A stretch of DNA of 60,968 bases, the filler included. It is 5 parts of 5 records of this genome, joined end to end, with 100 filler letters (N's around TTAATTAATTAA, not from the genome) between each part and the next. Parts side by side here need not be neighbours in the genome. Positions count along the whole stretch, not along the records: positions 41,655 to 60,968 come from DRR723986_9061; 4 more parts are not named here. One strand, written 5' to 3'. A program made the translations under genes and the position numbers. Below, piece by piece: positions 52,561-60,968 of the stretch; the first letter of the stretch is position 1; the number at the start of each line of letters is the position of its first letter. The notes under the pieces are model-generated. The model was not told where the DNA came from. It worked only from the letters and a program-made list of their open reading frames with translations, and did not search any database.

Positions 52561-53799
52561 ATGGCAAAAGATAAACCAGATCAAACAGTTCAAAGCACTC
52601 TGGCCGAGGCTGCCGCCAATTTTGCGGCGATGATCACAGCCCAGGGATATTGCACTCACACCGTCGACAGCTATGCGCGCAACGCTCGGAGGTTTGCGGC
52701 CAAGCTCGAGTGTTCCGGTGTTACGCTCATCAAGTTGGATGACCAAACCGCAGAAGAACTGATCTCTCAGATCACAACACAAATTTGTGCGTCAGGTCGA
52801 AGCTACGTAAAGCACCAATTGGAACGATTCCGGGACTATTTGATCGGTGAACACGGGGCGCCGCCGCGTGAGCCGGAGCCAATCGACACGTCGCCCAGAG
52901 CAGTCCTAAAACGTGATTACGAACCCTGTCTTCGCGTCCAGCGCGGCCTGTCAGAGGAAACCATCTACCATTGCCTGCGGTTCTTTGATCGGTTCCTGAC
53001 AGCGAAGTTCGGTGCCGGTCTAGGTGATCTCAATAGCATCAAGCCCGACGACATTACGGGCTTCATACTTCGATTGCGCGAGAAGCAAAACGCGCCGCGG
53101 GACAAGACAGGCCCGTCGCATCTTCGCAACCTCTTCCAGTTCCTGTTCTGGAGCGGAAAGACAACTCGCAACCTGAGCAGTGCTGTCCCAAAAGCAAGAC
53201 AGCCAAAGCCGACAGGTATTCCAAGATATCTGGAGCCGGAAGAGGTCAATCGTCTTATCGAGGTGGTGCGCGACCACAAGAAAACGGGTCGACGCAACTA
53301 TGCGATGCTGATGCTGATCGCCCGGCTTGGCCTTCGAGCGCCGGAAGTGATGGCCATTGAACTGGATGATATCGACTGGCGGGCCGGAGAAATCCTGATC
53401 CGAGGCAAGAGGCAGTGGCACGACCGAATGCCAATGTCGCCGGAGGTCGGCGAGGCGATTGTCGATTACATCAAGAATGAGCGCCGGGGAGCGGACCGCG
53501 CGCTGTTCGTCTCGGTGAAGCCGCCATTCAAGAGGTTCAAGGACGCGCAAATCCTGCGCTGGATATTGCGCGACGCCTACGACGCGACCGGCATCAGTCC
53601 ACCGCAAGCCTATATTGGCAGCCACATTCTCAGGCATAGCCTGGCCACCGACATGCTGCGAAAGGGCGCGTCGTTGGCCGAGATCAGCGACGTTTTGCGC
53701 CACCGGTCGGCGATGACCACAACGATCTATGCGCAGCATGATGTTGATGCCCTGCGCTCGATCTCGCGGCCTTGGCCAACTTCGGGAGATGCCCAATGA
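52561..53799 (+). CDS. ritA: Tyrosine recombinase RitA
   Basis: LGLRAPE, RGK, HILRH, LRH and TTIY catalytic motifs; GGAGG RBS. Confidence 0.88.
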   Translation: MAKDKPDQTVQSTLAEAAANFAAMITAQGYCTHTVDSYARNARRFAAKLECSGVTLIKLDDQTAEELISQITTQICASGRSYVKHQLERFRDYLIGEHGAPPREPEPIDTSPRAVLKRDYEPCLRVQRGLSEETIYHCLRFFDRFLTAKFGAGLGDLNSIKPDDITGFILRLREKQNAPRDKTGPSHLRNLFQFLFWSGKTTRNLSSAVPKARQPKPTGIPRYLEPEEVNRLIEVVRDHKKTGRRNYAMLMLIARLGLRAPEVMAIELDDIDWRAGEILIRGKRQWHDRMPMSPEVGEAIVDYIKNERRGADRALFVSVKPPFKRFKDAQILRWILRDAYDATGISPPQAYIGSHILRHSLATDMLRKGASLAEISDVLRHRSAMTTTIYAQHDVDALRSISRPWPTSGDAQ

Positions 53800-54740
53800 A
53801 GACGCTTTCCCAAAGACTTGATGAATATCTGGCCCTGCGCCGCTCGATGGGGTTTGATCTCTCCTTTGACGAACGGGTTCTGCGCAAGTTCGCCAACTTT
53901 GGCGATGAGAATGGGTTCGATCGGATCACGACGCCCTTGTTCCTCGACTGGAAAGCGAACTACGGCGGCGCCGACGACAACACATGGTCTCGACGTCTTG
54001 GATTGGTGCGCACGTTCGCCATCTGGCTAGTGGAGCATGATGATCGGACCGAGATCCCGTCCAGCCAACTCGTCATCGGTCGATACCGAAGGCGTGTCCC
54101 CTACATCTACGCGCCCACGCAGGTTGCAGATATTGTTGCTGGGGCCGGTCGATTGCCGTCACCCTACGGTCTCCGTGCCGCATTGTGGCAGACCCTGTTC
54201 GGCTTGATCGCGGTAACGGGGATGCGCGTGAGCGAAGCCTTGTCGCTTGATCGGCAGGATGTCGATCTGGATCGGGCCATGCTCACGCTCAGAAACACCA
54301 AAAACGGCAAGAACCGCCAGCTACCTGTCAAAGGGGACACCGTTGCCCAACTTGCACACTATGCCGGATTGCGAGATCGGCTGGTTGCCCAGCAAGCCTC
54401 GCGGTTCTTCATCAAAGAAGACGGTCAACCGGCAGGGGATTGCGGGGCGCGCTACAACTTCGCGCAGGTCAGCAGGAACATCGGCCTTCGGTCACAGCAA
54501 GCCTTCAACCGCCACGGGCATGGACCACGCATCCATGATTTGCGGCACACATTTGCTGTTCACACCATCCTGGACTGGTTCCGGGATGGACGGGACATTG
54601 AGACTGAAATGTACAAGCTCAGCACGTATCTCGGCCATACCGAGCCAAAGCACACGTTCTGGTACATCGAGGCCGTACCCGAGCTGATGCAGTTGGCCGC
54701 GGAGCGTGCAGAACGACGGGCTTTGGAGGGCGCATCATGA
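53796..54740 (+). CDS. ritB: Tyrosine recombinase RitB
   Basis: YLALRRSMGF N-terminus; TGMRVSE, TKNGK, HDLRH, YLGH and TFWY motifs; ATGA overlap. Confidence 0.88.
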   Translation: MKTLSQRLDEYLALRRSMGFDLSFDERVLRKFANFGDENGFDRITTPLFLDWKANYGGADDNTWSRRLGLVRTFAIWLVEHDDRTEIPSSQLVIGRYRRRVPYIYAPTQVADIVAGAGRLPSPYGLRAALWQTLFGLIAVTGMRVSEALSLDRQDVDLDRAMLTLRNTKNGKNRQLPVKGDTVAQLAHYAGLRDRLVAQQASRFFIKEDGQPAGDCGARYNFAQVSRNIGLRSQQAFNRHGHGPRIHDLRHTFAVHTILDWFRDGRDIETEMYKLSTYLGHTEPKHTFWYIEAVPELMQLAAERAERRALEGAS

Positions 54741-55735
54741 TCGCAACCTATCCCTTGCCCGTCTACGTGCAGCGGTTCTTCACCGAGCGGCTGTTGACCC
54801 AGATGCGGGCAAGCCCAAACACGATTGCCAGCTATCGCGACACGTTCCGTCTCTTGCTGAAATACGCGGAGGCGCAATCCAAGCTACCGCCGACTGACCT
54901 GCACGTCGCCCACGTAGACGCCGACATGATCGGCCAGTTCCTGACCTTCTGCGAGGAGGAACGCGGCAACAGCGCGCGCAGCCGGAACACGCGCCTCGCG
55001 GCCATTCGATCCTTCTTCAAATACGTCGCGGGCTGTGAGCCCCAGTTGTTGCATCACTGCCAGAAGGTGCTGGCGATGCCCTCCAAGCGGCATGAAAAAC
55101 GTGTCGTGGACTTCCTGACCCGTGACGAAATGGAGGCCTTGCTGAAGGCACCAGATCAATCGACCTGGTTTGGTCGGCGAGATCGGGTCCTGCTCCTCAC
55201 AATGCTCCAGACCGGTTTGCGTGTGTCAGAGGTAATCGGTCTTCGCGTTGGCGATGTCGAGCTCGGCACCGGAGCGCACCTCAGATGCATGGGCAAAGGC
55301 CGAAAGGAGCGCGCAACGCCGCGACGAGCGGACAGTCGGGATGCGTTGAGATCCTGGCTTGCCCAGATTGAAGCTGGGCCCAGCGATCCTTTGTTTGCAA
55401 CGATCCGTGGCAGGCCACGCAGCAGAGATGCGGTTGAGCGAATTGTTCGAAAACACGCGGACACCGCCGCCTCGAACAGTTCCACCTTCAGATTGAAACG
55501 CGTCACGCCCCATGTTCTGCGCCATACCGCCGCAATGCAACTTCTGCAGAGTGGTGTTGACCGAACAATCATTGCTCTTTGGCTAGGCCATGAATCGATT
55601 GAGACGACGCAGGTTTATATCCATGCCGATATCGAACTGAAGGAAAGAGCGATGGCGCTGACGAAGCCGGTCGAAAGCACTGGCGGACGCTATCGACCCG
55701 GAGATGAACTGCTCGCCTTCCTGGAAGCACTCTGA
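54737..55735 (+). CDS. ritC: Tyrosine recombinase RitC
   Basis: SPNTIASYRD, TGLRVSE, GKGRK, HVLRH, WLGH and TQVY motifs; ends LLAFLEAL; ATGA overlap. Confidence 0.88.
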   Translation: MIATYPLPVYVQRFFTERLLTQMRASPNTIASYRDTFRLLLKYAEAQSKLPPTDLHVAHVDADMIGQFLTFCEEERGNSARSRNTRLAAIRSFFKYVAGCEPQLLHHCQKVLAMPSKRHEKRVVDFLTRDEMEALLKAPDQSTWFGRRDRVLLLTMLQTGLRVSEVIGLRVGDVELGTGAHLRCMGKGRKERATPRRADSRDALRSWLAQIEAGPSDPLFATIRGRPRSRDAVERIVRKHADTAASNSSTFRLKRVTPHVLRHTAAMQLLQSGVDRTIIALWLGHESIETTQVYIHADIELKERAMALTKPVESTGGRYRPGDELLAFLEAL

Positions 55736-55736
55736 A

Positions 55737-55850
55737 TTATGCCGACATGCCGCGCCGATCTTCTCGTTGAACAACAGGTAATGAGGACCGGCGCGGCATA
55801 ATCCAAACCTCGGCATTATGGCAATTATGCCGACATCGGCATAAGGCCCA
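55737..55850 (-). repeat. RIT right end: box array, inverted repeat and terminal palindrome
   Basis: TTATGCCG (55737), CGGCATAATCCAAACCTCGGCATTAT (55794-55819), and TTATGCCGACATCGGCATAA (55825-55844). Confidence 0.9.
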
Positions 55851-56733
55851 AAACACTGGCCAAAGTGGCCGTTGGCGTGGCCTTGGCAAAGGGCGCAAGT
55901 TCGATGATGAAGAAGGGCGGCAGCAACCAAGGCGCGGGCAGCGGCCTTGGTGGCTTGCTGGGCGGTCTGGCCGGCGGCAGCAGCGCGTCCGGCGGCGGGC
56001 TGAACGACATGTTGGGCGGTTTGCTGGGCGGTGCGGGCGGCAGCAGCCGCGCAGGCAGCGCAGGCGGTTTGGGCGGCCTATTGGAACAACTGGGCGGCTC
56101 TGGCGGCAGCGGGGGCGCAGGTGGGCTGGGCGGTTTGCTTGGCGGGTTGGCAGGCGCTGGCGGTGCGGGCGGCTTGTTGGCCGGGATGACCAAGGCGATG
56201 GAGCAACGCCCCGCAAGCAATACATCCAGTTTTGGTGCGGTCCTGAATTCTCAATTCGACGCCACGCCAGAGCCGGAGATTGAACCGTCACAGGAACAGG
56301 AGGCCACCGCCGCCCTGATGCTGGCTGCGATGATCCAAGCGGCCAAATCCGATGGCACCTTTGATGAAGCGGAAAAGGACAAGCTGCTGGGCCAGTTGGG
56401 TGATGTGGATGCGCAAGAGGCCGCATTTGTGCAGCAGCAGTTGCAAGCGCCCGTGGATATCAACGGTTTGGTGGCGCAAACCCCGCAGGGCATGGGCCCG
56501 CAGGTCTATGCGATGTCGGTGCTCGGCATTGATCTGGACACTCAGGATGAGGCGCAATATTTGCACCAGCTGGCGCAGGGTCTTGGAATGCAACCGGCGC
56601 AAGTCAATGACATTCATGATCAGATGGGTGTGCCGTCGCTTTATACCTGATGTCGAGGGTAGGCTGATAAAGAAAAACCTGCGCAACGGGCTTTCGTCGC
56701 GCAGGAGTATTTTTGGCCAAAAAGGGCGCTGGG

Positions 56734-58059
56734 TCAGGCGGCTTTCTGACCGCCCGGTTTGCCGCCACCGCCGCCGCGCCGGCGTCTGCGGCCTGCGCCG
56801 GGTTTACCGGGTGCTCCGCCGCCACCGCCGCCGCCTTGCGGACGGTTTCCGCCACCTCCGCCACCGCCACCTGGGCGGCCACCGCGTCCGCGGCCCCTGC
56901 CCTTGGGTTTGTCGGGGGCGTCAACGGCCTCCCACGGGCGACCCGAGGCCACGGGGATGCTGATGCCCATGGTTTTCTGGATCGCTTTCAATTCGCCCAT
57001 TTCATCCGGTGCGCAGAAGGCCACAGCGGCGCCGTCCTTGCCCGCGCGTGCGGTCCGGCCAATGCGGTGGACATAGTTGTCCGGCACGTTTGGCAAATCG
57101 TAGTTGTAGACGTGTTTGACGTCCGGGATGTCCAAGCCCCGCGCCGCGACATCCGTCGCGACCAAAACCGTCACGTCACCCGATTTGAAGCCCGCGATGG
57201 CGCGGTCGCGCTGTCCTTGGGATTTGTTGCCGTGGATCGAGGCTGCATCAAAACCCGCCTTGACCAACGTTTTCATCAACTTTTCAGACCCGTGTTTGGT
57301 GCGGCCAAAGACCAGCGCGCGTTCACCGCGGTGTTGGGCCAGAAGTTCAATCAACAGGTTGGTCTTTTCGGCCTTGGCGATGAAATGTACCTCTTGGGTG
57401 ACTTTGTCTGCCGCCTTGCCCGGAGGCGACACTTCGATGCGGATCGGGCTGCGCAGATAGCTGTTTGCGATTTCGTTCATCAGTTTCGGCATGGTGGCCG
57501 AGAACAACATGGTCTGGCGTTCCTTGGGGATCACCGAGGAGATTTTGCGCAGATCGTGGATAAAGCCCATGTCGAGCATCTGATCAGCCTCATCGAGCAC
57601 CAGAAACGTGGTTTCCTCAAGGCGCACGGCGCGGCGGTCCATCAGATCCAGCAGGCGGCCCGGTGTGGCCACCAGCAGATCCACCCCTTTGGCAAGGCGG
57701 TTGATCTGCGGATTGATCGACTGACCGCCCACAACCATCTGCACCTTGAGCGGGGTGCGTTCGCAAAACCCCTTGAGGTTCTGCATGATCTGTTGGGCCA
57801 GCTCGCGCGTTGGGGCCAGCACCAGACCGCGTACTGATTTGGGGCTGGGCCGCTGGGCCATCTCAAGCATCTGCGCCACCAACGGCACACCAAAGGCCGC
57901 GGTTTTGCCGGTGCCGGTTTGCGCCAGACCCATCACATCGCGCCCGTTCAGTGCATGTGGGATGGCTTGTTTCTGGATCGGGGTCGGGTCCTTGAGACCC
58001 ATTTCATTCAGACGCGCCACCAGTTTGGGTGGCAGGTCCATCATATCAAAATCGCTCAT
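56734..58059 (-). CDS. rhlE: DEAD-box RNA helicase (RhlE-like)
   Basis: AQTGTGKT, PTRELA, LDEAD, SAT and HRIGRTAR motifs; Gly/Arg-rich tail. Confidence 0.9.
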   Translation of the reverse strand: MSDFDMMDLPPKLVARLNEMGLKDPTPIQKQAIPHALNGRDVMGLAQTGTGKTAAFGVPLVAQMLEMAQRPSPKSVRGLVLAPTRELAQQIMQNLKGFCERTPLKVQMVVGGQSINPQINRLAKGVDLLVATPGRLLDLMDRRAVRLEETTFLVLDEADQMLDMGFIHDLRKISSVIPKERQTMLFSATMPKLMNEIANSYLRSPIRIEVSPPGKAADKVTQEVHFIAKAEKTNLLIELLAQHRGERALVFGRTKHGSEKLMKTLVKAGFDAASIHGNKSQGQRDRAIAGFKSGDVTVLVATDVAARGLDIPDVKHVYNYDLPNVPDNYVHRIGRTARAGKDGAAVAFCAPDEMGELKAIQKTMGISIPVASGRPWEAVDAPDKPKGRGRGRGGRPGGGGGGGGNRPQGGGGGGGAPGKPGAGRRRRRGGGGGKPGGQKAA

Positions 58060-58418
58060 CTTACGTCTTTCCAACGCCTTGAGGCATCGCCCCGGCGCTT
58101 TTTCTTATTGCATCACGCCTCTCAAGGCGCAGGCAGGGTCACGCAAAACAGATCGCAGGCGCGGGCCATATGCCAACACCTGTCTGATGCGTTTGGCCCC
58201 ACGCGTGATTTTGGGAACAAGGGGCAAAGCTTACAAGCCGGACTGTTGGGGCATATCCCCGGCACCGGAACTGCTCACGCGGCAGAAGCATCGCCTGAGC
58301 GGTCAAATGGGGGTTTGCGGCGCAAAAGTCAACCGCTGCGGCCAAAAGCCTGTAGCGCTGCGGCGCGAACACCGCTAAGACGGGGTCTCTTTGACGATCT
58401 GGCGACCGGGGGCGGCCC

Positions 58419-58835
58419 ATGAGCACATCCATCATCACCCGCTGCGAAAGCATGGGATTGCGTATGACAGGCCAGCGCCGCATCATTGCGCAGGTCATCG
58501 AAGACAGCCGCGACCACCCGGATGTCGAAGAATTGTTTACACGGGCCTCTGCCCTTGATGGCGCGATTTCCATTGCCACGGTGTACCGCACGGTCAAATT
58601 GTTCGAAGAGGCCGGCATTCTGGACAAATTGGAATTTGGCGACGGGCGCGCGCGGTATGAAGATGCAGAGCGGGATCACCATGACCATCTGATTGATCTC
58701 AATTCCGGCAAGGTCATCGAATTTGTCGATGCCGAGATTGAGCAATTGCAGGAACGCATCGCCAAAAAGCTTGGATATGAGCTGCGCGGGCACCGGATGG
58801 AGCTTTATGGGGTGCCGATCAAAAAGGGTGACTAA
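58419..58835 (+). CDS. fur: Fur family transcriptional regulator
   Basis: GLRMTGQRR, HPDVEEL, ISIATVYRT and HHDHLID motifs. Confidence 0.92.
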   Translation: MSTSIITRCESMGLRMTGQRRIIAQVIEDSRDHPDVEELFTRASALDGAISIATVYRTVKLFEEAGILDKLEFGDGRARYEDAERDHHDHLIDLNSGKVIEFVDAEIEQLQERIAKKLGYELRGHRMELYGVPIKKGD

Positions 58836-59887
58836 GGCGCGCCTTCTTTGCGCCGGTGCCGCGCCAGCATCGCGGGCAAGACAAAGCTGAGCACAACAAG
58901 CCGCATGATATGGCAGGCCGCGACAAAGCCGGGGATCACGCCCAGAACCGCACCCATCGCGATCATGGTCTCAAAGCCACCGGGCGCAAAGGCCACCAGC
59001 ACATGCGCCAAGGGCATTCCCAGCGCCAGACCAACCGGCACAGCGCCAAGCGCGGCCAGCCCGACCGCCACGCCGGTGATCGCCAGTCCGGCTGTCAGCC
59101 CACTGGTCAGCCGCGCCAAGGTTACCCCTGAAAACCGTGTTCCAATCAGCCCGCCCAGCACCAGATAGGCCGGCAGGATCAACCATGCCGGCAAAACACC
59201 GGGGGTCAGTTCCGTCACATGCCCAATCGCGCTGACTGCCATACCGCCCAAGAGCAGCGGCGCAGGCACGTTCAAACGCATGAATATATAGCCAACCCCA
59301 GCGGACAATGCCGCCAGAATGCCAATCACAAGCAGGCTCATCTGATCGCCTTGCGGCGCGACATTGCCGGACACTTCGATGCCCATGGCCAAGGCAATGA
59401 ACGGCACCACAATCGTCAGCGACAAAAGCCGCACCGATTGGGTGATCGAGATCCGCGCCACGTCAGAGCCGCCTTCGGTCGCAATAGCCATAACAAAGCT
59501 CAGATGCCCCGGCGCAGAGGCGAGGATGGCGGATCTTGGATCGAACCCGAACCCGCGCACCAGCATGATCCGGCATAGGATCAAAATCGCCCAGATGATC
59601 AGCGCCATAAAGACAAACGCCAATGGCCAACGCAGCATCGCCGCCAGGGCATCGGCATCAAATCCCGCGCCAACGGCGATCCCCAACAGCAGAAAACACG
59701 CATCTCGCAACCGCGTGTCAACACCCGTGGATAGCCCCCCCAAACCCGCCAGGGTCACCGCAATTGCAGGGCCAAGCAGCATGTAAACCGGCGCATTGAT
59801 CGCCCATCCCAGAGCCGCGCCCGCAATGGCGATGGCAAGTGTGACTGCAGTGATTTGAGGAGAGTTCCCGAACATGTCTTTTTGCAT
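58832..59887 (-). CDS. AbrB family membrane protein (putative ammonia monooxygenase-like family)
   Basis: Duplicated halves with SAPG..Q.VRL and FAPGG...H.MRL; start uncertain. Confidence 0.8.
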   Translation of the reverse strand: MQKDMFGNSPQITAVTLAIAIAGAALGWAINAPVYMLLGPAIAVTLAGLGGLSTGVDTRLRDACFLLLGIAVGAGFDADALAAMLRWPLAFVFMALIIWAILILCRIMLVRGFGFDPRSAILASAPGHLSFVMAIATEGGSDVARISITQSVRLLSLTIVVPFIALAMGIEVSGNVAPQGDQMSLLVIGILAALSAGVGYIFMRLNVPAPLLLGGMAVSAIGHVTELTPGVLPAWLILPAYLVLGGLIGTRFSGVTLARLTSGLTAGLAITGVAVGLAALGAVPVGLALGMPLAHVLVAFAPGGFETMIAMGAVLGVIPGFVAACHIMRLVVLSFVLPAMLARHRRKEGAP

Positions 59888-59981
59888 GCCTCCTGCTATC
59901 ATTGGTTGCAGGCAGCTTCCAGCCGCACTTGCCCTTGCTCGCCAAAACCGTCATGGCGGAGAAAAGACTTTTGGCTAGGAT

Positions 59982-60857
59982 ATGAACATGGACAACTTTC
60001 GCGGCGCCGCCCTGATGGTTTTGGCGATGCTGGGCTTTGCCCTTGAGGACATGTTTATCAAGCTGCTGGCCGACGCTTTGCCCATCGGGCAGATCCTGTT
60101 GATGCTGGGCATTGGCGGATCGGCGGTCTTTGGCGCGGTGGTTCTGGCACAGGGCAAATCCCTGTTCACCCGTGAAATGTTGTCCTGGCCCATTCTGGCC
60201 CGCGCCATGGGCGAATTGATTGGCGCGTTGACCTTTGTCTCGGCCATCGTGCTGACCCCGATCTCCAGCGCGTCGGCGATTTTGCAGGCCACACCGCTTG
60301 TGGTGACATTGGGCGCGGCGTTGTTTCTGGGCGAACCGGTGGGCTGGCGGCGCTGGAGCGCGATCTTTGTCGGGCTGTTTGGTGTCTTGCTGATCATCCG
60401 GCCCGGCATGGACAGCTTTGAAATGTTGTCCATTCTGGCGCTGATCGCGGTCTTTGCGCTGGCGCTGCGGGATCTGTCCACCCGCAAGATCCCGCCAAGC
60501 GTGTCCTCGATGCAGCTCAGCTTTGTCGGCTTTGTCTCGGTGCTGCCTGCGGGGGTGATCCTGCTGCTGTTTACCGGTGAAAGCCTTGTCGCGCCGACCT
60601 CTGGCGGCTGGATCAAGGTTGTCTCGGCCATCACCATTGGCCTGTTTGCCTATTACGCCATCGTCGCCGCCACGCGGGTCGGCGACATCGGATTTGTCAC
60701 GCCTTTCCGCTATACAAGGCTGTTGTTTGCGCTGGTGGCCGGGGTCGTGGTTTTTGACGAATCCCCCGATACGCTGACCCTGCTTGGCGCTGCGATCATC
60801 GTGGCATCGGGCATCTACACCGTCTGGCGCGAGCGCAAAATCAGGCCGCTACAGTAA
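59982..60857 (+). CDS. DMT/EamA family transporter
   Basis: FLGEPVGWRRW, IIRPG and PFRY motifs. Confidence 0.88.
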   Translation: MNMDNFRGAALMVLAMLGFALEDMFIKLLADALPIGQILLMLGIGGSAVFGAVVLAQGKSLFTREMLSWPILARAMGELIGALTFVSAIVLTPISSASAILQATPLVVTLGAALFLGEPVGWRRWSAIFVGLFGVLLIIRPGMDSFEMLSILALIAVFALALRDLSTRKIPPSVSSMQLSFVGFVSVLPAGVILLLFTGESLVAPTSGGWIKVVSAITIGLFAYYAIVAATRVGDIGFVTPFRYTRLLFALVAGVVVFDESPDTLTLLGAAIIVASGIYTVWRERKIRPLQ

Positions 60858-60923
60858 GCCGCCTTTCCAACCCGGCCCTGCCCCGTTAAAACGCATTCGA
60901 CTTGAGCCAAAAGGACATTGCCC

Positions 60924-60968
60924 ATGAGCACGATCATCGACATCCACGCCCGCGAAATCCTCGACAGC
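60924..60968 (+). CDS. eno: Enolase, 5' end only
   Basis: MSTIIDIHAREILDS; AAGGA RBS. Confidence 0.88.
   Translation, partial: MSTIIDIHAREILDS

Larger units (their letters stand above)
50146..55850. mobile_element. Recombinase-in-trio (RIT) element carrying toxin-immunity cargo
   Basis: Three overlapping tyrosine recombinase genes, perfect 26-bp terminal inverted repeats, and a clean interruption of a host gene. Confidence 0.9.
50133..56650 (+). pseudogene. DUF533 (TerB-like) gene split by the RIT element: 50133-50145 + 55851-56650
   Basis: Joining ATGAGTTTGATGA to AAACACTGGCC restores MSLMKTLAKVAVGVALAKGA in frame. GGAGA RBS at 50121. C-terminal AMIQAAKSDG...YLHQLAQGLG is DUF533-like. Confidence 0.85.

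Noticed and set aside
50254-55735. Prophage call based on MuF plus integrases
   Set aside because: No terminase, portal, capsid, tail or lysis genes. The three-recombinase layout and IRs define a RIT element.
55737-55844. Repeated TTATGCCG boxes as a CRISPR or mini-array
   Set aside because: The boxes are 8 bp, in mixed orientation and irregularly spaced, with no cas genes. They are better explained as recombinase binding sites.
55915-56190. GGC-rich quasi-repeats
   Set aside because: They encode the Gly-rich GGLGGLLGG linker of the DUF533 protein; ordinary low-complexity coding sequence.

Overview
The window is an artificial concatenation of five contigs joined by 100-bp N/TTAATTAATTAA/N linkers, and it appears to come from at least two different organisms. 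Contigs 1-3 (1-34172; moderate GC by eye, tentatively FCB-group-like) carry methylmalonyl-CoA mutase/meaB, an oligopeptide-type ABC importer with two binding proteins, several secreted paralog clusters, and a molybdenum-cofactor biosynthesis operon preceded by a Moco riboswitch. Contigs 4-5 (34273-60968) are Rhodobacteraceae-like: an accessory block between rplT and pheS, then a housekeeping region (speB x2, mazG, selO, rhlE, fur, eno). The standout is a ~5.7-kb recombinase-in-trio (RIT) element (50146-55850). It has inserted within codon 5 of a DUF533 gene without a target duplication. Inside its symmetric terminal box arrays it carries a MuF (phage head morphogenesis)-WHH nuclease polymorphic toxin and an SMI1/KNR4 immunity gene. 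All family calls are from motif recognition by eye; no database searches were run.
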